DNA from: Candidatus Multivorans sp.
GTDB taxonomy: Bacteria > Acidobacteriota > Thermoanaerobaculia > Multivoradales > Multivoraceae
Direction: 5' to 3'
Length of the DNA: 64,000 bases
NCBI GenBank assembly: GCA_965205095.1
Contig: OZ242040.1
Location: 3,116,176-3,180,175 of the forward strand
The notes below the pieces were generated by a model that saw only the letters and a list, made by a program, of their open reading frames with translations, did no database searches and was not told where the DNA came from. Made by a program: the position numbers and the translations under genes. Shown here piece after piece: positions 21,453 to 31,041 of this stretch. Each line of letters begins with the position of its first letter. Position 1 is the first letter of the stretch.

Positions 21453-22504
21453 TCGCCGCGGGATCCGGCCAGGCGCTGCCAGTCCTCGTCGCGGACGTCG
21501 TTGGCCAGGGTCAGGCCGCCGTCGGAGCCGACGAAGATCGGGTCCTTGACCACGCGCACGCGTCCGCCGCCCAGTTCGCCGAGCGAACTCTGCAGCGCGG
21601 CGCCAAGGCCGCTGATCAGCCCGGAGCCGCCGGTCAGGATGACGTTGTTGCGCACCCGGCTCTGGTACTCCGGTTCGACCCGTGCGATCAGGTCGAGCAT
21701 CGTCTCGCGCAGCGGCTCCAGGAGACTCTCGCAGGCGGTGCGCATCGGCTCGGTGATGTCGATCCGGGTCGGTCTGCCGTTGACGGGTGCGTCGACCACG
21801 ACCGGGCCGCCTCCGCCCACGAAGGAGTGTTTTTCCTTCCACGCGCGCGCCATGTGGATCGACACCGAAGCGTCGGGGAAGCGTTCCTCGATGCGCGCGT
21901 GCAGGTGGTGGTCGACGGCGTCGCCCGCGACGTTCAGGGTGCGCTGGTCGCCCTCGGTGGGAAAGCGGCCCATGAGGATGCACAGGTCCGTCGTGCCCGC
22001 GCCGACGTCGACGACCATCGTGTGGACCAGGGCGTCCAGGCCATAGGCGACGGCGAACGGCTCGGAGACGATCATCGTGCTGGCGACCTGGCCGTCGAGG
22101 ATGCGCCGCAGGTTCTGGCGGTTCACCCGGAGCGTTTCGGCCGGCACGCCGACCACGGCGTGGATTGCCGGCTTCGGATTCCGCCCCTCGGGGATGGCCA
22201 GGTCGAGCAGCCGGCGGACGATCTCGCGCACGGCCTGCTCGTCGCGGGCGGACCCTTCCTTGATCAGGCCCCGCTCGAGCGGCCGGCGCAGCTCCAGCAT
22301 CGGTCGTTTCTCCAGGGCCTCGATGCCCACGAGCACCTCGCGCTGGAGGACCTTTCGGGCGACCATGTCCCGCGGCCAGCCGACGTAGCTTCGCACCATG
22401 TGGCGCTCGCCGTTCGCGGCGGAGATCGAACTGCGCGACGTCCCCAGGTCGATGCCGACCTTGAGCACCGGCGGTTCGGGAGTGGCGGCGGTCTGCGTGG
22501 TCAT
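21446..22504 (-). CDS. MamK-family actin-like ATPase
   Basis: GIDLGTSRS, YVGWPRDMVARKVL, VSEPFAVAYGLDALVHTMVVDVGAGTTDLC, ILTGGSGLISGL, VVKDPIFVG...DWQRL. These are colinear with MamK as I remember it (VVGYPKD..., VSEPFMVGYGLDKL...DIGAGTTDIC, CVKDPTFDG...YWRQL). Confidence 0.8.
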   Translation of the reverse strand: MTTQTAATPEPPVLKVGIDLGTSRSSISAANGERHMVRSYVGWPRDMVARKVLQREVLVGIEALEKRPMLELRRPLERGLIKEGSARDEQAVREIVRRLLDLAIPEGRNPKPAIHAVVGVPAETLRVNRQNLRRILDGQVASTMIVSEPFAVAYGLDALVHTMVVDVGAGTTDLCILMGRFPTEGDQRTLNVAGDAVDHHLHARIEERFPDASVSIHMARAWKEKHSFVGGGGPVVVDAPVNGRPTRIDITEPMRTACESLLEPLRETMLDLIARVEPEYQSRVRNNVILTGGSGLISGLGAALQSSLGELGGGRVRVVKDPIFVGSDGGLTLANDVRDEDWQRLAGSRGDQ

Positions 22505-22529
22505 CCTCAGGCCTCAGGCGCCGAAGAGC

Positions 22530-23513
22530 TTAGCTTTGGGGCAGCAGAGACTCGGCAAAGCTCTGGATGCCCGCGTCCAGGGCTTCGGCGATCGACTGAA
22601 GGTGGCTCTCGTCCCGCAGCCGCCTGACCTCGTCGGCATCGGAGAGGCAGGAGACCTCGGCCAGGACCGCCGGCATCTCCGCGCCGATCAGGACGACGAA
22701 GGGCGCGGACTTGACGCCGCGATTCCGAAGGTCGGGGTTCTCGGCCCGCAGGTGTCCGAAGAGCGAGCGCTGAATCGCGGTCGCCAGCGCCCGGCTGTCG
22801 TCCTGCCGGGCCTGGGCGTACACGCCGTCGAGGAGCCGGCGGAGGTCGCCGAGGGAGTAGCCCTGGGCCTCGGAGTTCTCGCGCTCGGCAAGCGCGGCGA
22901 GTTCGGGATCGTCGGTGGGGCCGAGGTAGAACGTCTCGACGCCGCAGGTCCTGTTCGCCGGCAACCAGTTCACGTGAATCGAAACGAACACGTCGGCGCC
23001 CGCGCGGTTGGCGATCAGGGTGCGCTGGTCGAGGGCGACGTTCATGTCGGCCTCCCGGGTCATCGCGACGCGATAGCGGTCGTCCAGCAGGTTGCGCAGC
23101 CGGTAGGCGATGTCGAGGGCGAGCGCCTTCTCGGTCAGACCGGCGGCAGCCGTGCCGGGGGAGGAGCCGCCGTGGCCGGGGTCGAGCACGATTCTCTCCA
23201 CGGGCAGCGGGAAGACGCTTGGGTCGACGGCCTCCGGGGGACCGGTGAAGCGGATCTCGGGTGCCTGGAGACCGCCATCCACTTCCACTTCGGGCGGAGG
23301 GCCCGGTTCCGGGCGGTTCAGCTCCAGGTAGCCGAGGGCGGCAACAGCCGCAACGGGAAGCAGCAGAAGCAGGCTCCATGGCGAGACCCTGCGCCGCCGG
23401 CGGACGCCACCGTTGCCCGGGACCTCGCGCGGTTTGAGCGCCCGGCGGTCGAGGGCCTCGTTGTCGCGGACAGCGGCCTCGACCAGACCGCGCTTGAAGT
23501 CCGGGCCGGACAT
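22530..23513 (-). CDS. N-acetylmuramoyl-L-alanine amidase (Amidase_3, AmiC-like)
   Basis: N-terminal TM/signal segment, then IVLDPGHGGSSPG, FVSIHVNW, and GVKSAPFVVLIGAEMPAVLAEVSCLS. Confidence 0.85.
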   Translation of the reverse strand: MSGPDFKRGLVEAAVRDNEALDRRALKPREVPGNGGVRRRRRVSPWSLLLLLPVAAVAALGYLELNRPEPGPPPEVEVDGGLQAPEIRFTGPPEAVDPSVFPLPVERIVLDPGHGGSSPGTAAAGLTEKALALDIAYRLRNLLDDRYRVAMTREADMNVALDQRTLIANRAGADVFVSIHVNWLPANRTCGVETFYLGPTDDPELAALAERENSEAQGYSLGDLRRLLDGVYAQARQDDSRALATAIQRSLFGHLRAENPDLRNRGVKSAPFVVLIGAEMPAVLAEVSCLSDADEVRRLRDESHLQSIAEALDAGIQSFAESLLPQS

Positions 23514-23580
23514 GAATCGACGCTACATGATCGGTCGCCACGGGCTGCCAGACGGGTGCCTCAAGTAGTCTCGCGAGCTG

Positions 23581-25116
23581 GTGTTTGCGATGAGCGTCCG
23601 CCGATTCTCCGGGGCCGGGCCTGGCCGGAGCCGCGCCTGGCGAGTTCTGGTTCTCGCGGGCGGCATTCTCGTGCTGCTGGGTTGTAGCGGAGTTCGGAAG
23701 CCGGAACTCGAGGCGCCGGCGCCGGCCGGCTACGGCGACGATGCGCGTACTCCGGATCCAGGGACCGACCCGATGGCCGAGACGGGACACCTCGATGAGG
23801 AGTGGTGGACGGCGTTCGGCGATCCCCTGCTGTCCCGCCTGGTTGTCGAAGGGCTCGAGCACAACTCCAGCCTCCGCGCCGCCGCCCTGAACGTCGATGT
23901 CGCGCTGGCCCAGGCCCGGCTGGACGGCGCGGCGCGCAACCCCGAACTGGAAGCGGCGCTCGACCCCGGCCGGCGCAAGCAGAACACGGCGCAGAGCGGG
24001 CTCACCGAAGCCATCCCGATTCCGATTCCCGGCTTCGAGCCCGGCGGCGTGCGGAGTTTCGCCTTCACTTCCTACGGTCTGGCGCTCAACCTCCGCTGGG
24101 AGGTCGACCTGTGGGACCGGCTCGGTGCGCTGACGGCCGCCTCCCTGGCCGAGGCGGCCGCTTCCTCTGCCGACCTCGACGGCGCCCGGCTTTCGATCGC
24201 CGGCCAGCTCGCGAAGGTGTACTTCGGCGTCGTCGAGGCGGTACAGCAGGTGGAGCTCGCCGAGCGCACTCTCGCCAGCCGGGAGCGGACGCGCGACCGG
24301 GTCGAGGCGCGCTACCGCCGGGGCGTCGCGGCGGCCCTCGAGGTGCGGCAGGCCCGAACCCAGGTCGCGACCGTGGAGGCCCAATTGTCGGCCCAGCGTC
24401 AGACCCTCGACGGGTTGCGGCGGCAGATGGAGGTCCTGCTCGGCCGCTATCCCGCCGGTGAGATCGAGGCGGCCGCGGGGCTGCCCGAGCTTCCGTCCCT
24501 GCCGGAAACCGGGGTGCCGGCCGCCCTGCTGGCGCGCCGCCCGGATCTGAGGGCGGCGGAGTACCGGGCGGTCGCGGCCTCGGAGCGGCTCCGCGCCGCC
24601 CACAGGGCGCTCTATCCGAGCTTCACGCTGAACGGGTCGGCGGGTACGTCCAGCGGCGAACTCCGGGACCTGCTGGATGGAGACTTCTCGGTCTGGAGTC
24701 TCGCCGCCGGCCTTCTGCAGCCGTTGCTGTCCGGGGGCCGTCTCCGCGCCGGCCGCGACCTGGTGGAGGCGGGGCTGGACGCCGCGGAAGCCCAGTGGTT
24801 GCAGACGGCGCTCCAGGCTTTCGCGGAAGTGGAGTCGGGCCTCGCGGCCGAGCGGATGCTCGACGAACGAACGGCGGCGCTCGAGCGCGCCGCGACGGAG
24901 AGCCGGGAGGCTGAACGCCTGGCGGAAGGCCGCTACCGGGAAGGACTCGTCGGCTACTTGCAGGTGCTCGACAGCCAGCGGACGTCGTTTCAGTCGGAGA
25001 GCCAGTTGCTGGCCGCGCGCCGTCAGCAGCTTGATTCACGCACGGACCTGATTCTGGCCCTGGGCGGCGGCGTCTACGCGGAACCGACCTCGCCGACCGG
25101 GAGCGGGGGACCCTGA
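23581..25116 (+). CDS. RND efflux outer-membrane factor lipoprotein (NodT/OprM family)
   Basis: Lipobox LLGCSG. Two-repeat OMF architecture with coiled-coil segments. First gene of the efflux operon. Confidence 0.85.
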   Translation: MFAMSVRRFSGAGPGRSRAWRVLVLAGGILVLLGCSGVRKPELEAPAPAGYGDDARTPDPGTDPMAETGHLDEEWWTAFGDPLLSRLVVEGLEHNSSLRAAALNVDVALAQARLDGAARNPELEAALDPGRRKQNTAQSGLTEAIPIPIPGFEPGGVRSFAFTSYGLALNLRWEVDLWDRLGALTAASLAEAAASSADLDGARLSIAGQLAKVYFGVVEAVQQVELAERTLASRERTRDRVEARYRRGVAAALEVRQARTQVATVEAQLSAQRQTLDGLRRQMEVLLGRYPAGEIEAAAGLPELPSLPETGVPAALLARRPDLRAAEYRAVAASERLRAAHRALYPSFTLNGSAGTSSGELRDLLDGDFSVWSLAAGLLQPLLSGGRLRAGRDLVEAGLDAAEAQWLQTALQAFAEVESGLAAERMLDERTAALERAATESREAERLAEGRYREGLVGYLQVLDSQRTSFQSESQLLAARRQQLDSRTDLILALGGGVYAEPTSPTGSGGP

Positions 25117-25118
25117 GC

Positions 25119-26291
25119 GTGATGAAGTGGATCCTGCCGGCCGCGATTCTGGCCGTGGCCGCCCTGGTGGTCGTCGCCCTCGTTTCCTCGCGGCCGCAAC
25201 TGGAGACGGCGCCGAGAGAGGTCGCGCCGCCGCCGGTTCGCGTGCTGACCGTGACGCCGACCGAGGTCGACCTGGGTGTCCGCTCACAGGGGTCGGTCAT
25301 TCCGGTAACCGAGGCCGACCTGGTCTCGGAGGTCGCGGGCACGATCGTCTGGACGGCGGAGAGTTTCGAGGTAGGCGGCTTCTTCGATGCCGGCGAGGTC
25401 CTGCTGCGGCTCGACCGCCGCGACTACGAGCTGGCGCTGGCGAGCTCCCGGGCGGCGCTCGCGCAGGCGGGAGTGGGGCTGGCTCGGGAGCAGGCCGAGG
25501 CCGACGTCGCCCGCGAAGAGTGGGAGGAACTGGGAGAGGACGGTGAGCCGGGCCCCCTGGTGCTCCGCTAGCCCCAACTGGCCGAGGCGAGGGCGCAGGT
25601 GGAGGCGGCGCTCGCCAACATGAGGCGCGCCGAACTGGACCTCGAGCGGACGGCCATCCGGGCGCCCTTCGCCGGCAGGCTGCGCGCCAAGAGGGTCGAC
25701 CGCGGCGAGTTCGTTAACCGCGGCGCACCGCTGGCCACGATCTACGCCGTCGACGCCGCCGAGGTCGTCCTGCCGGTGCCGGACTCGGAGCTCGCCTTCC
25801 TCGACCTGCCTCTCGGCGGCGACCTGGGGGACAGGGGACCCCGGGTGTTGCTGCGAGCGCAGTTCGCCGGCGGCCGGCACGAGTGGGAGGGCCGGGTCGT
25901 TCGCGTCGGCGGCGAGATCGACCCGGCGACGCGGATGGTGAACCTGATTGCGCGGGTGGATGATCCGTACCGGGCGTCCGGGGACCGGCCGCCGCTCTCG
26001 GTGGGCCTGTTCGTGGACGCGGAAGTGGTCGGTCGATCGGTGGAATCCGTGTTCCAGGTGCCGCGCGGGGCGCTGGTGGGAGCCGACCGGGTGTGGCTGG
26101 TGGAGGACGGCAGGCTGGTCCTGCGTCACGTCGGGATCCTGCGCGCGGACCCGGAGGTCGTCATCGTCTCGGATGGTCTGTCGGCAGGAGACCGGATCAG
26201 CCTCACGATTCTCGAAAGTGCGGTGGACGGGATGCGGGTGACGCCGCAGCCGGAGCCTGAGGGCGTCGCGACCGGCGGGAGCGAGCCATGA
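25119..26291 (+). pseudogene. RND efflux membrane-fusion (periplasmic adaptor) protein interrupted by an in-frame TAG
   Basis: Track ORFs 25119..25571 and 25599..26291 share a frame (offset 480 nt). Read-through gives ...GPLVLR*PQLAEARAQVEAALANMRRAELDLERTAIRAPFAGRL..., a continuous MFP hairpin/lipoyl region. TAG at 25569-25571. Confidence 0.8.
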
Positions 26292-26304
26292 GCGGGATGG
26301 CGCC

Positions 26305-29300
26305 ATGAACGGGATGATTGGCTGGTTCGCCCGAAACGGCGTGGCGGCGAACCTGCTGATGGTCCTGATCGTGGCCTGGGGCGTGCTCGCCCTGACCGGA
26401 ATCCCGATCGAGGTCTTCCCGAGCATGGAGACCCAGAGCATCACGGTGAACGTCCCCTACCTCGGCGCGGCGCCCGAGGAGGTCGAACAGGGCGTCTGCC
26501 TGCGGATCGAGGAGGCGGTACAGGACCTCGAGGGAGTCGACACGATCCGGTCGACGGCCGCCGAAGGTTCCGGCACGGTGGTCATCGAGCTGGAGGCGGA
26601 CGCGGACACGCGCGAGGTGCTGGACGAGGTCAAGTCGCGCATCGACGCGATCACGACGTTTCCGGTGGAGACGGAGAAGCCGATCATCCAGGAGGCGCTC
26701 ATCCGCCGGCGGGTGATCACGGTCGCCATCTACGGCGACGTGGAGGAGAGGGCGCTCAAGGCGGTCGCCGAGGACGTCCGGGAAGGGCTGTCGGACCTGC
26801 CCGACATCACCCAGGTCGAACTCGACGCGGTGCGGCCCTACGAGATCTCGATCGAGGTGTCGGAGGACACCCTGCGGCAGTACGGCCTGACCTTCGACGA
26901 GGTCGTACTGGCCGTCCGCCGTTCGTCGGTCGACCTCCCGGGCGGTGCGGTCCGGGCACGCGGCGGCGAGATCCTCCTGCGCACGATGGGCCAGGCGTAC
27001 CGCGGCGCTGAGTTCAGCGACATCGTGCTGCGGGCCCGGCCCGACGGCAGCCGCCTGGTTCTCGGAGACATTGCGGAGGTGAGGGACGGCTTCGCCGAGA
27101 CCGACGTGACGTCGCGGTTCGACGGCCAGCCGGTCGCCCTGGTGCAGGTCTACCGCGTCGGCGACCAGAGTGCGCTGCGGCTCTCGCGCCAGGTCAAGGC
27201 CTTCGTCGCGGAACGCCAGGCTGCACTGCCGCCCGGCCTGTCGATGACGACCTGGCTCGATGACACGGTGCCGCTCCAGGACCGGTTGCGGGTGTTGATC
27301 GAAAGCGGCCGCCTGGGTCTGCTGCTTGTCTTTCTGGTGCTGGCCCTGTTCCTGAAGTTCCGCCTCGCGCTCTGGGTGTCCGTGGGCATCGCGGTGTCCT
27401 TCATGGGCGCTCTCGGCCTGTTGCCGTTTGTGGACGTCTCGATCAACGTGATGTCCCTGTTCGCGTTCATCCTCGTACTCGGCATCGTCGTCGACGATGC
27501 GATCGTGGTCGGCGAGAACATCTACCGCCACTTCGAGATGGGCAAGTCCGGCATGCGCGCCGCGATCGACGGAGCGCGCCAGGTGGCGACTCCCGTCACC
27601 TTCTCGATCCTCACCACGCTGGCCGCGTTCTCGCCTCTCATCAACTCGGTCGAGGGCCCCTCGGGCGCGATCGCGAGGACGATCCCTCTCGTCGTCATCG
27701 GTTGCCTGGCCTTCTCGCTGATCGAATCCATGCTGGTGCTGCCGAACCACCTCTCCCACCTGACCCACCGGCACGAGGAAGGGAAGGGCGGACGGTCTCT
27801 CTGGGGCTGGGCCCTCTTCCAGGGTTTCTTCGCCAACCGGATGAAGTGGGTGATCGAGCGCGGCTACCGGCCGCTGATCGAGCGGGCGATCGAGTGGCGC
27901 TACTCCACCGTTGCGATCGGTCTGGCGGTTCTGTTCATCACCGCCGGTTTCGTGTTCTCGGGCCGGATGAAGTTCGAGTTCTTCCCGGACGTGGAGGCGG
28001 ACAACGCGGTCGTCCTGCTGACCATGCCGCAGGGGACGCCCGCCTTGACCACGCTGGCCGCTGTACGCCGCATCGAGGCCGCCGCCTTCGAACTGGGGAA
28101 CGAACTCGAGGCCGAGGGCCACGGCGGTGTGTTCCGCCACGTGATGGCGACGGTCGGCTCGCAGCCCTTCGCGGCCCTGCAGCAGGCAAGCGGACCGACC
28201 TCCAACTTCGAAGTGGAGGTGGCGGCGCCGCATCAGGGCGAAGTGAACATCGAGCTCAGGTCCTCGCAGGAGCGGACGATTCGAGCGACCGAGGTTGCCC
28301 GTCGCTGGCGCGAGAAGGTGGGCCCGGTGCCGGACGCGGTCAGAGTCGAGTACACGGCCAGCCTGGTCAGCTTCGGCTCGGCGGTCGATGTCCAGCTCAC
28401 CGGCCGGAACCTCGACCATCTGCGGGCGGCGGGTGAGGAGATCAAGGCGCGGCTCGCCGACTATCCGGGCGTGTTCGACATCTCGGACTCGTTCCGCGCG
28501 GGCAAGCGGGAGATCCGGCTGGAGCTCGACCGGCGCGCCGAAGCGCTGGGCCTCAGTCTCGAGGATCTGGGTCGCCAGGTGCGACAGGGCTTCTACGGCG
28601 CCGAGGCGCAGCGCATACAGCGCGGCCGCGACGACATACGGGTCATGGTGCGCTATCCGGCCGACGAGCGCGAGACGCTGGCGTCGCTGGAGGACATGCG
28701 GATCCGGACGCCGACCGGCGCCGAGGTTCCGTTCTCGTTCGCGGGCCGCGCCGAGTTCGGCCGCGGCTTCGCGACGATCCAGCGGATCGACCGGCGGCGC
28801 GTGCTGAACATCACGGCGGACGTGGATCCTGCGATGGTGACCGCGAACGAAGTCGTCGGCGACATCGAAGCCAACGTGCTGCCCGCGATCCTGGCCGGCT
28901 ATCCCGGCGTCGACTTCTCGTTCGCGGGCGAGCAGGAGGAGCAGCGTCAGACCTTCGAGGGCCTGTTCCGGGCGCTGGGCCTGGCGCTGATCGTGATCTA
29001 CGCGCTGCTCGCGATCCCCTTCAAGTCCTACCTGCAGCCGCTGATCGTGATGAGCGCGATCCCCTTCGGCCTGATCGGCGCGGTGATCGGCCACCGGTTG
29101 ATCGGCATCAACCTGACCATGCTGTCGCTGCTCGGCCTGATCGCGCTGACCGGAGTCGTCGTCAACGATTCCCTGGTCATGGTCGACTTCATCAACCGGC
29201 GGCTCCAGATCGGCATGCCGGTCCACCAGGCGATCCACGATGCCGGCGCCGCCCGTTTCCGGCCGATCGTCCTGACCTCGCTGACGACCTTCGTCGGGCT

Positions 29301-29520
29301 GCTTCCCCTGCTCCTGGAACGCAGTTTCCAGGCCCAGTTCCTGGTCCCGATGGCGGTGTCGCTCGCCTTCGGGGTCCTGTTCGCGACCGCGATCACGCTG
29401 CTGCTCGTGCCGTCCCTCTACGCCATCCTCAACGACTTCCGTTCCCAGCTCGCCATCCACGGCGCGAAGCCCCCGGCGGCCCCGCCCGCGGAAGCTGAGC
29501 CGGCGCTCGAAGGAGCCTGA
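26305..29520 (+). CDS. RND efflux transporter permease (AcrB/CzcA superfamily)
   Basis: 1071 aa. Begins MNGMIGWFARNGVAANLLMVLIV, with a 12-TM/two-large-loop layout. Follows the OMF and MFP genes. Confidence 0.9.
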   Translation: MNGMIGWFARNGVAANLLMVLIVAWGVLALTGIPIEVFPSMETQSITVNVPYLGAAPEEVEQGVCLRIEEAVQDLEGVDTIRSTAAEGSGTVVIELEADADTREVLDEVKSRIDAITTFPVETEKPIIQEALIRRRVITVAIYGDVEERALKAVAEDVREGLSDLPDITQVELDAVRPYEISIEVSEDTLRQYGLTFDEVVLAVRRSSVDLPGGAVRARGGEILLRTMGQAYRGAEFSDIVLRARPDGSRLVLGDIAEVRDGFAETDVTSRFDGQPVALVQVYRVGDQSALRLSRQVKAFVAERQAALPPGLSMTTWLDDTVPLQDRLRVLIESGRLGLLLVFLVLALFLKFRLALWVSVGIAVSFMGALGLLPFVDVSINVMSLFAFILVLGIVVDDAIVVGENIYRHFEMGKSGMRAAIDGARQVATPVTFSILTTLAAFSPLINSVEGPSGAIARTIPLVVIGCLAFSLIESMLVLPNHLSHLTHRHEEGKGGRSLWGWALFQGFFANRMKWVIERGYRPLIERAIEWRYSTVAIGLAVLFITAGFVFSGRMKFEFFPDVEADNAVVLLTMPQGTPALTTLAAVRRIEAAAFELGNELEAEGHGGVFRHVMATVGSQPFAALQQASGPTSNFEVEVAAPHQGEVNIELRSSQERTIRATEVARRWREKVGPVPDAVRVEYTASLVSFGSAVDVQLTGRNLDHLRAAGEEIKARLADYPGVFDISDSFRAGKREIRLELDRRAEALGLSLEDLGRQVRQGFYGAEAQRIQRGRDDIRVMVRYPADERETLASLEDMRIRTPTGAEVPFSFAGRAEFGRGFATIQRIDRRRVLNITADVDPAMVTANEVVGDIEANVLPAILAGYPGVDFSFAGEQEEQRQTFEGLFRALGLALIVIYALLAIPFKSYLQPLIVMSAIPFGLIGAVIGHRLIGINLTMLSLLGLIALTGVVVNDSLVMVDFINRRLQIGMPVHQAIHDAGAARFRPIVLTSLTTFVGLLPLLLERSFQAQFLVPMAVSLAFGVLFATAITLLLVPSLYAILNDFRSQLAIHGAKPPAAPPAEAEPALEGA

Positions 29521-29521
29521 C

Positions 29522-31039
29522 ATGTCCCTCGCCCGCACGACGGAAACCGGGTGCGCCGGCGCCCCCGCCGGCATCCGGCGCGGAGCGCCGGGCTTCGGAC
29601 GCCTGGCCGCGTTTGTCGCCGTGGCCGCTATCGGTCTGGCGTGTGCCGTCGAGCCCGCGAGTTACGACCTCGTCCTCGCCGGCGGCCGCGTGATGGACCC
29701 GGAGACGGGTCTCGACGCCGTCATGGACGTCGGCATCTCCGGCGGTACGGTACGGGCGATCTCGGCGGAGGGTCTCGAGGGGACGGAAGTCGTCGACGTC
29801 TCGGGCTACGTCGTGGCGCCGGGGTTCGTCGACCTCCACGCGCACGGTCAGGACCCGTTCAGCCGCGACATGCAGGTGCGGGACGGCGTGACCGCGGCAT
29901 TCGAGCTCGAGGGCGGCGCCTACCCGGTCGACGAGTGGTACGAGGAGCGGGAAGGCTCCTGGCGGATCCACTTCGGCGCCACGGTCGCCTACGGTGCGGC
30001 GCGGGTGTTGGCGTTCGGCGAGGACGAGCGCGCGGCGACCTACGAGGCGGCGAGCGGGGAGCAGACCGAGGCGATACAGGAGACGATCAGGGACGGTCTG
30101 GCCGACGGCGCCCTGGGCGTCGGCCTGCCGCTCCAGTACCAGCCCGGCGCTTCCAGGTCCGAGATCTTCCGCATGTTCCAGACCGCGGCGGAGGCGGGCG
30201 TGACCGTGTTCTCGCACATCCGCTACGCGGGCGTGGTGGAGCCGGAGAGTTCGATCGCCGCCGTCCAGGAGATGATCGCGGACGCGGCCGGCTCCGGCGG
30301 TTCGGTCCACATCGTCCACATCGGTTCGAGCGGGTTGGCGCAGATGCCGACCGTCATCGAGATGATCGACAGGGCGGCCGCCGGGGGCGTCGACGTGACG
30401 ACCGAGATCTACCCCTACACCGCGGCCTCGACCGACATCCGGGCCGCGATCTTCGATCCCGGCTGGCGGGAACGGCTCGCGGCGGATTACGGCGACATCG
30501 AGTGGGTCGCCACCGGCGAACGCCTGGACGAGGCCGGCTTCAACGAGCGAAGGGCCCTGCCCGCGTCCGAGGAGGCGCGGATCATCGCGCACATCATTCC
30601 GGAGCAGGAACTCGGCGACGCGATCGCTCATCCGGCCGTGATGATCGCCAGCGACGGCGTCGGCTACATCGACGGCCGGGCCCATCCCCGCGGCGCCGGC
30701 ACCTTCGCCCGCGTGCTCGGCCGCTACTCGCGCGACGAAGGCAGGCTCAGCCTGATGGAGGCGCTCCGCAAGATGACCCTGGCGCCGGCCCGCCGCCTCG
30801 AGGACGTGGCGCCGGCGATGCGCAGGAAGGGCCGCCTGAGCGTCGGCGCCGACGCCGACATCACGGTCTTCGACCCCGAGACCGTGATCGACCGGGCCAC
30901 TTTCGCCGAACCCGCCATTCCCTCGGCGGGTATTCCGCACGTGCTCGTCGACGGCGTGTTCGTGGTCCGCGATGGCGAACTGGTCGAGAACGCGTTGCCG
31001 GGTCGGGGGATCCGGTCAGGCGTCGTCGACGCGGACTGA
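29522..31039 (+). CDS. Amidohydrolase, N-acyl-D-amino-acid deacylase (D-aminoacylase)-like
   Basis: DLVLAGGRVMDPETG...GISGGTVRAI and APGFVDLHAHG (metal-binding HxH). The start lies 1 nt after the RND stop. Confidence 0.75.
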   Translation: MSLARTTETGCAGAPAGIRRGAPGFGRLAAFVAVAAIGLACAVEPASYDLVLAGGRVMDPETGLDAVMDVGISGGTVRAISAEGLEGTEVVDVSGYVVAPGFVDLHAHGQDPFSRDMQVRDGVTAAFELEGGAYPVDEWYEEREGSWRIHFGATVAYGAARVLAFGEDERAATYEAASGEQTEAIQETIRDGLADGALGVGLPLQYQPGASRSEIFRMFQTAAEAGVTVFSHIRYAGVVEPESSIAAVQEMIADAAGSGGSVHIVHIGSSGLAQMPTVIEMIDRAAAGGVDVTTEIYPYTAASTDIRAAIFDPGWRERLAADYGDIEWVATGERLDEAGFNERRALPASEEARIIAHIIPEQELGDAIAHPAVMIASDGVGYIDGRAHPRGAGTFARVLGRYSRDEGRLSLMEALRKMTLAPARRLEDVAPAMRRKGRLSVGADADITVFDPETVIDRATFAEPAIPSAGIPHVLVDGVFVVRDGELVENALPGRGIRSGVVDAD

Positions 31040-31041
31040 GG

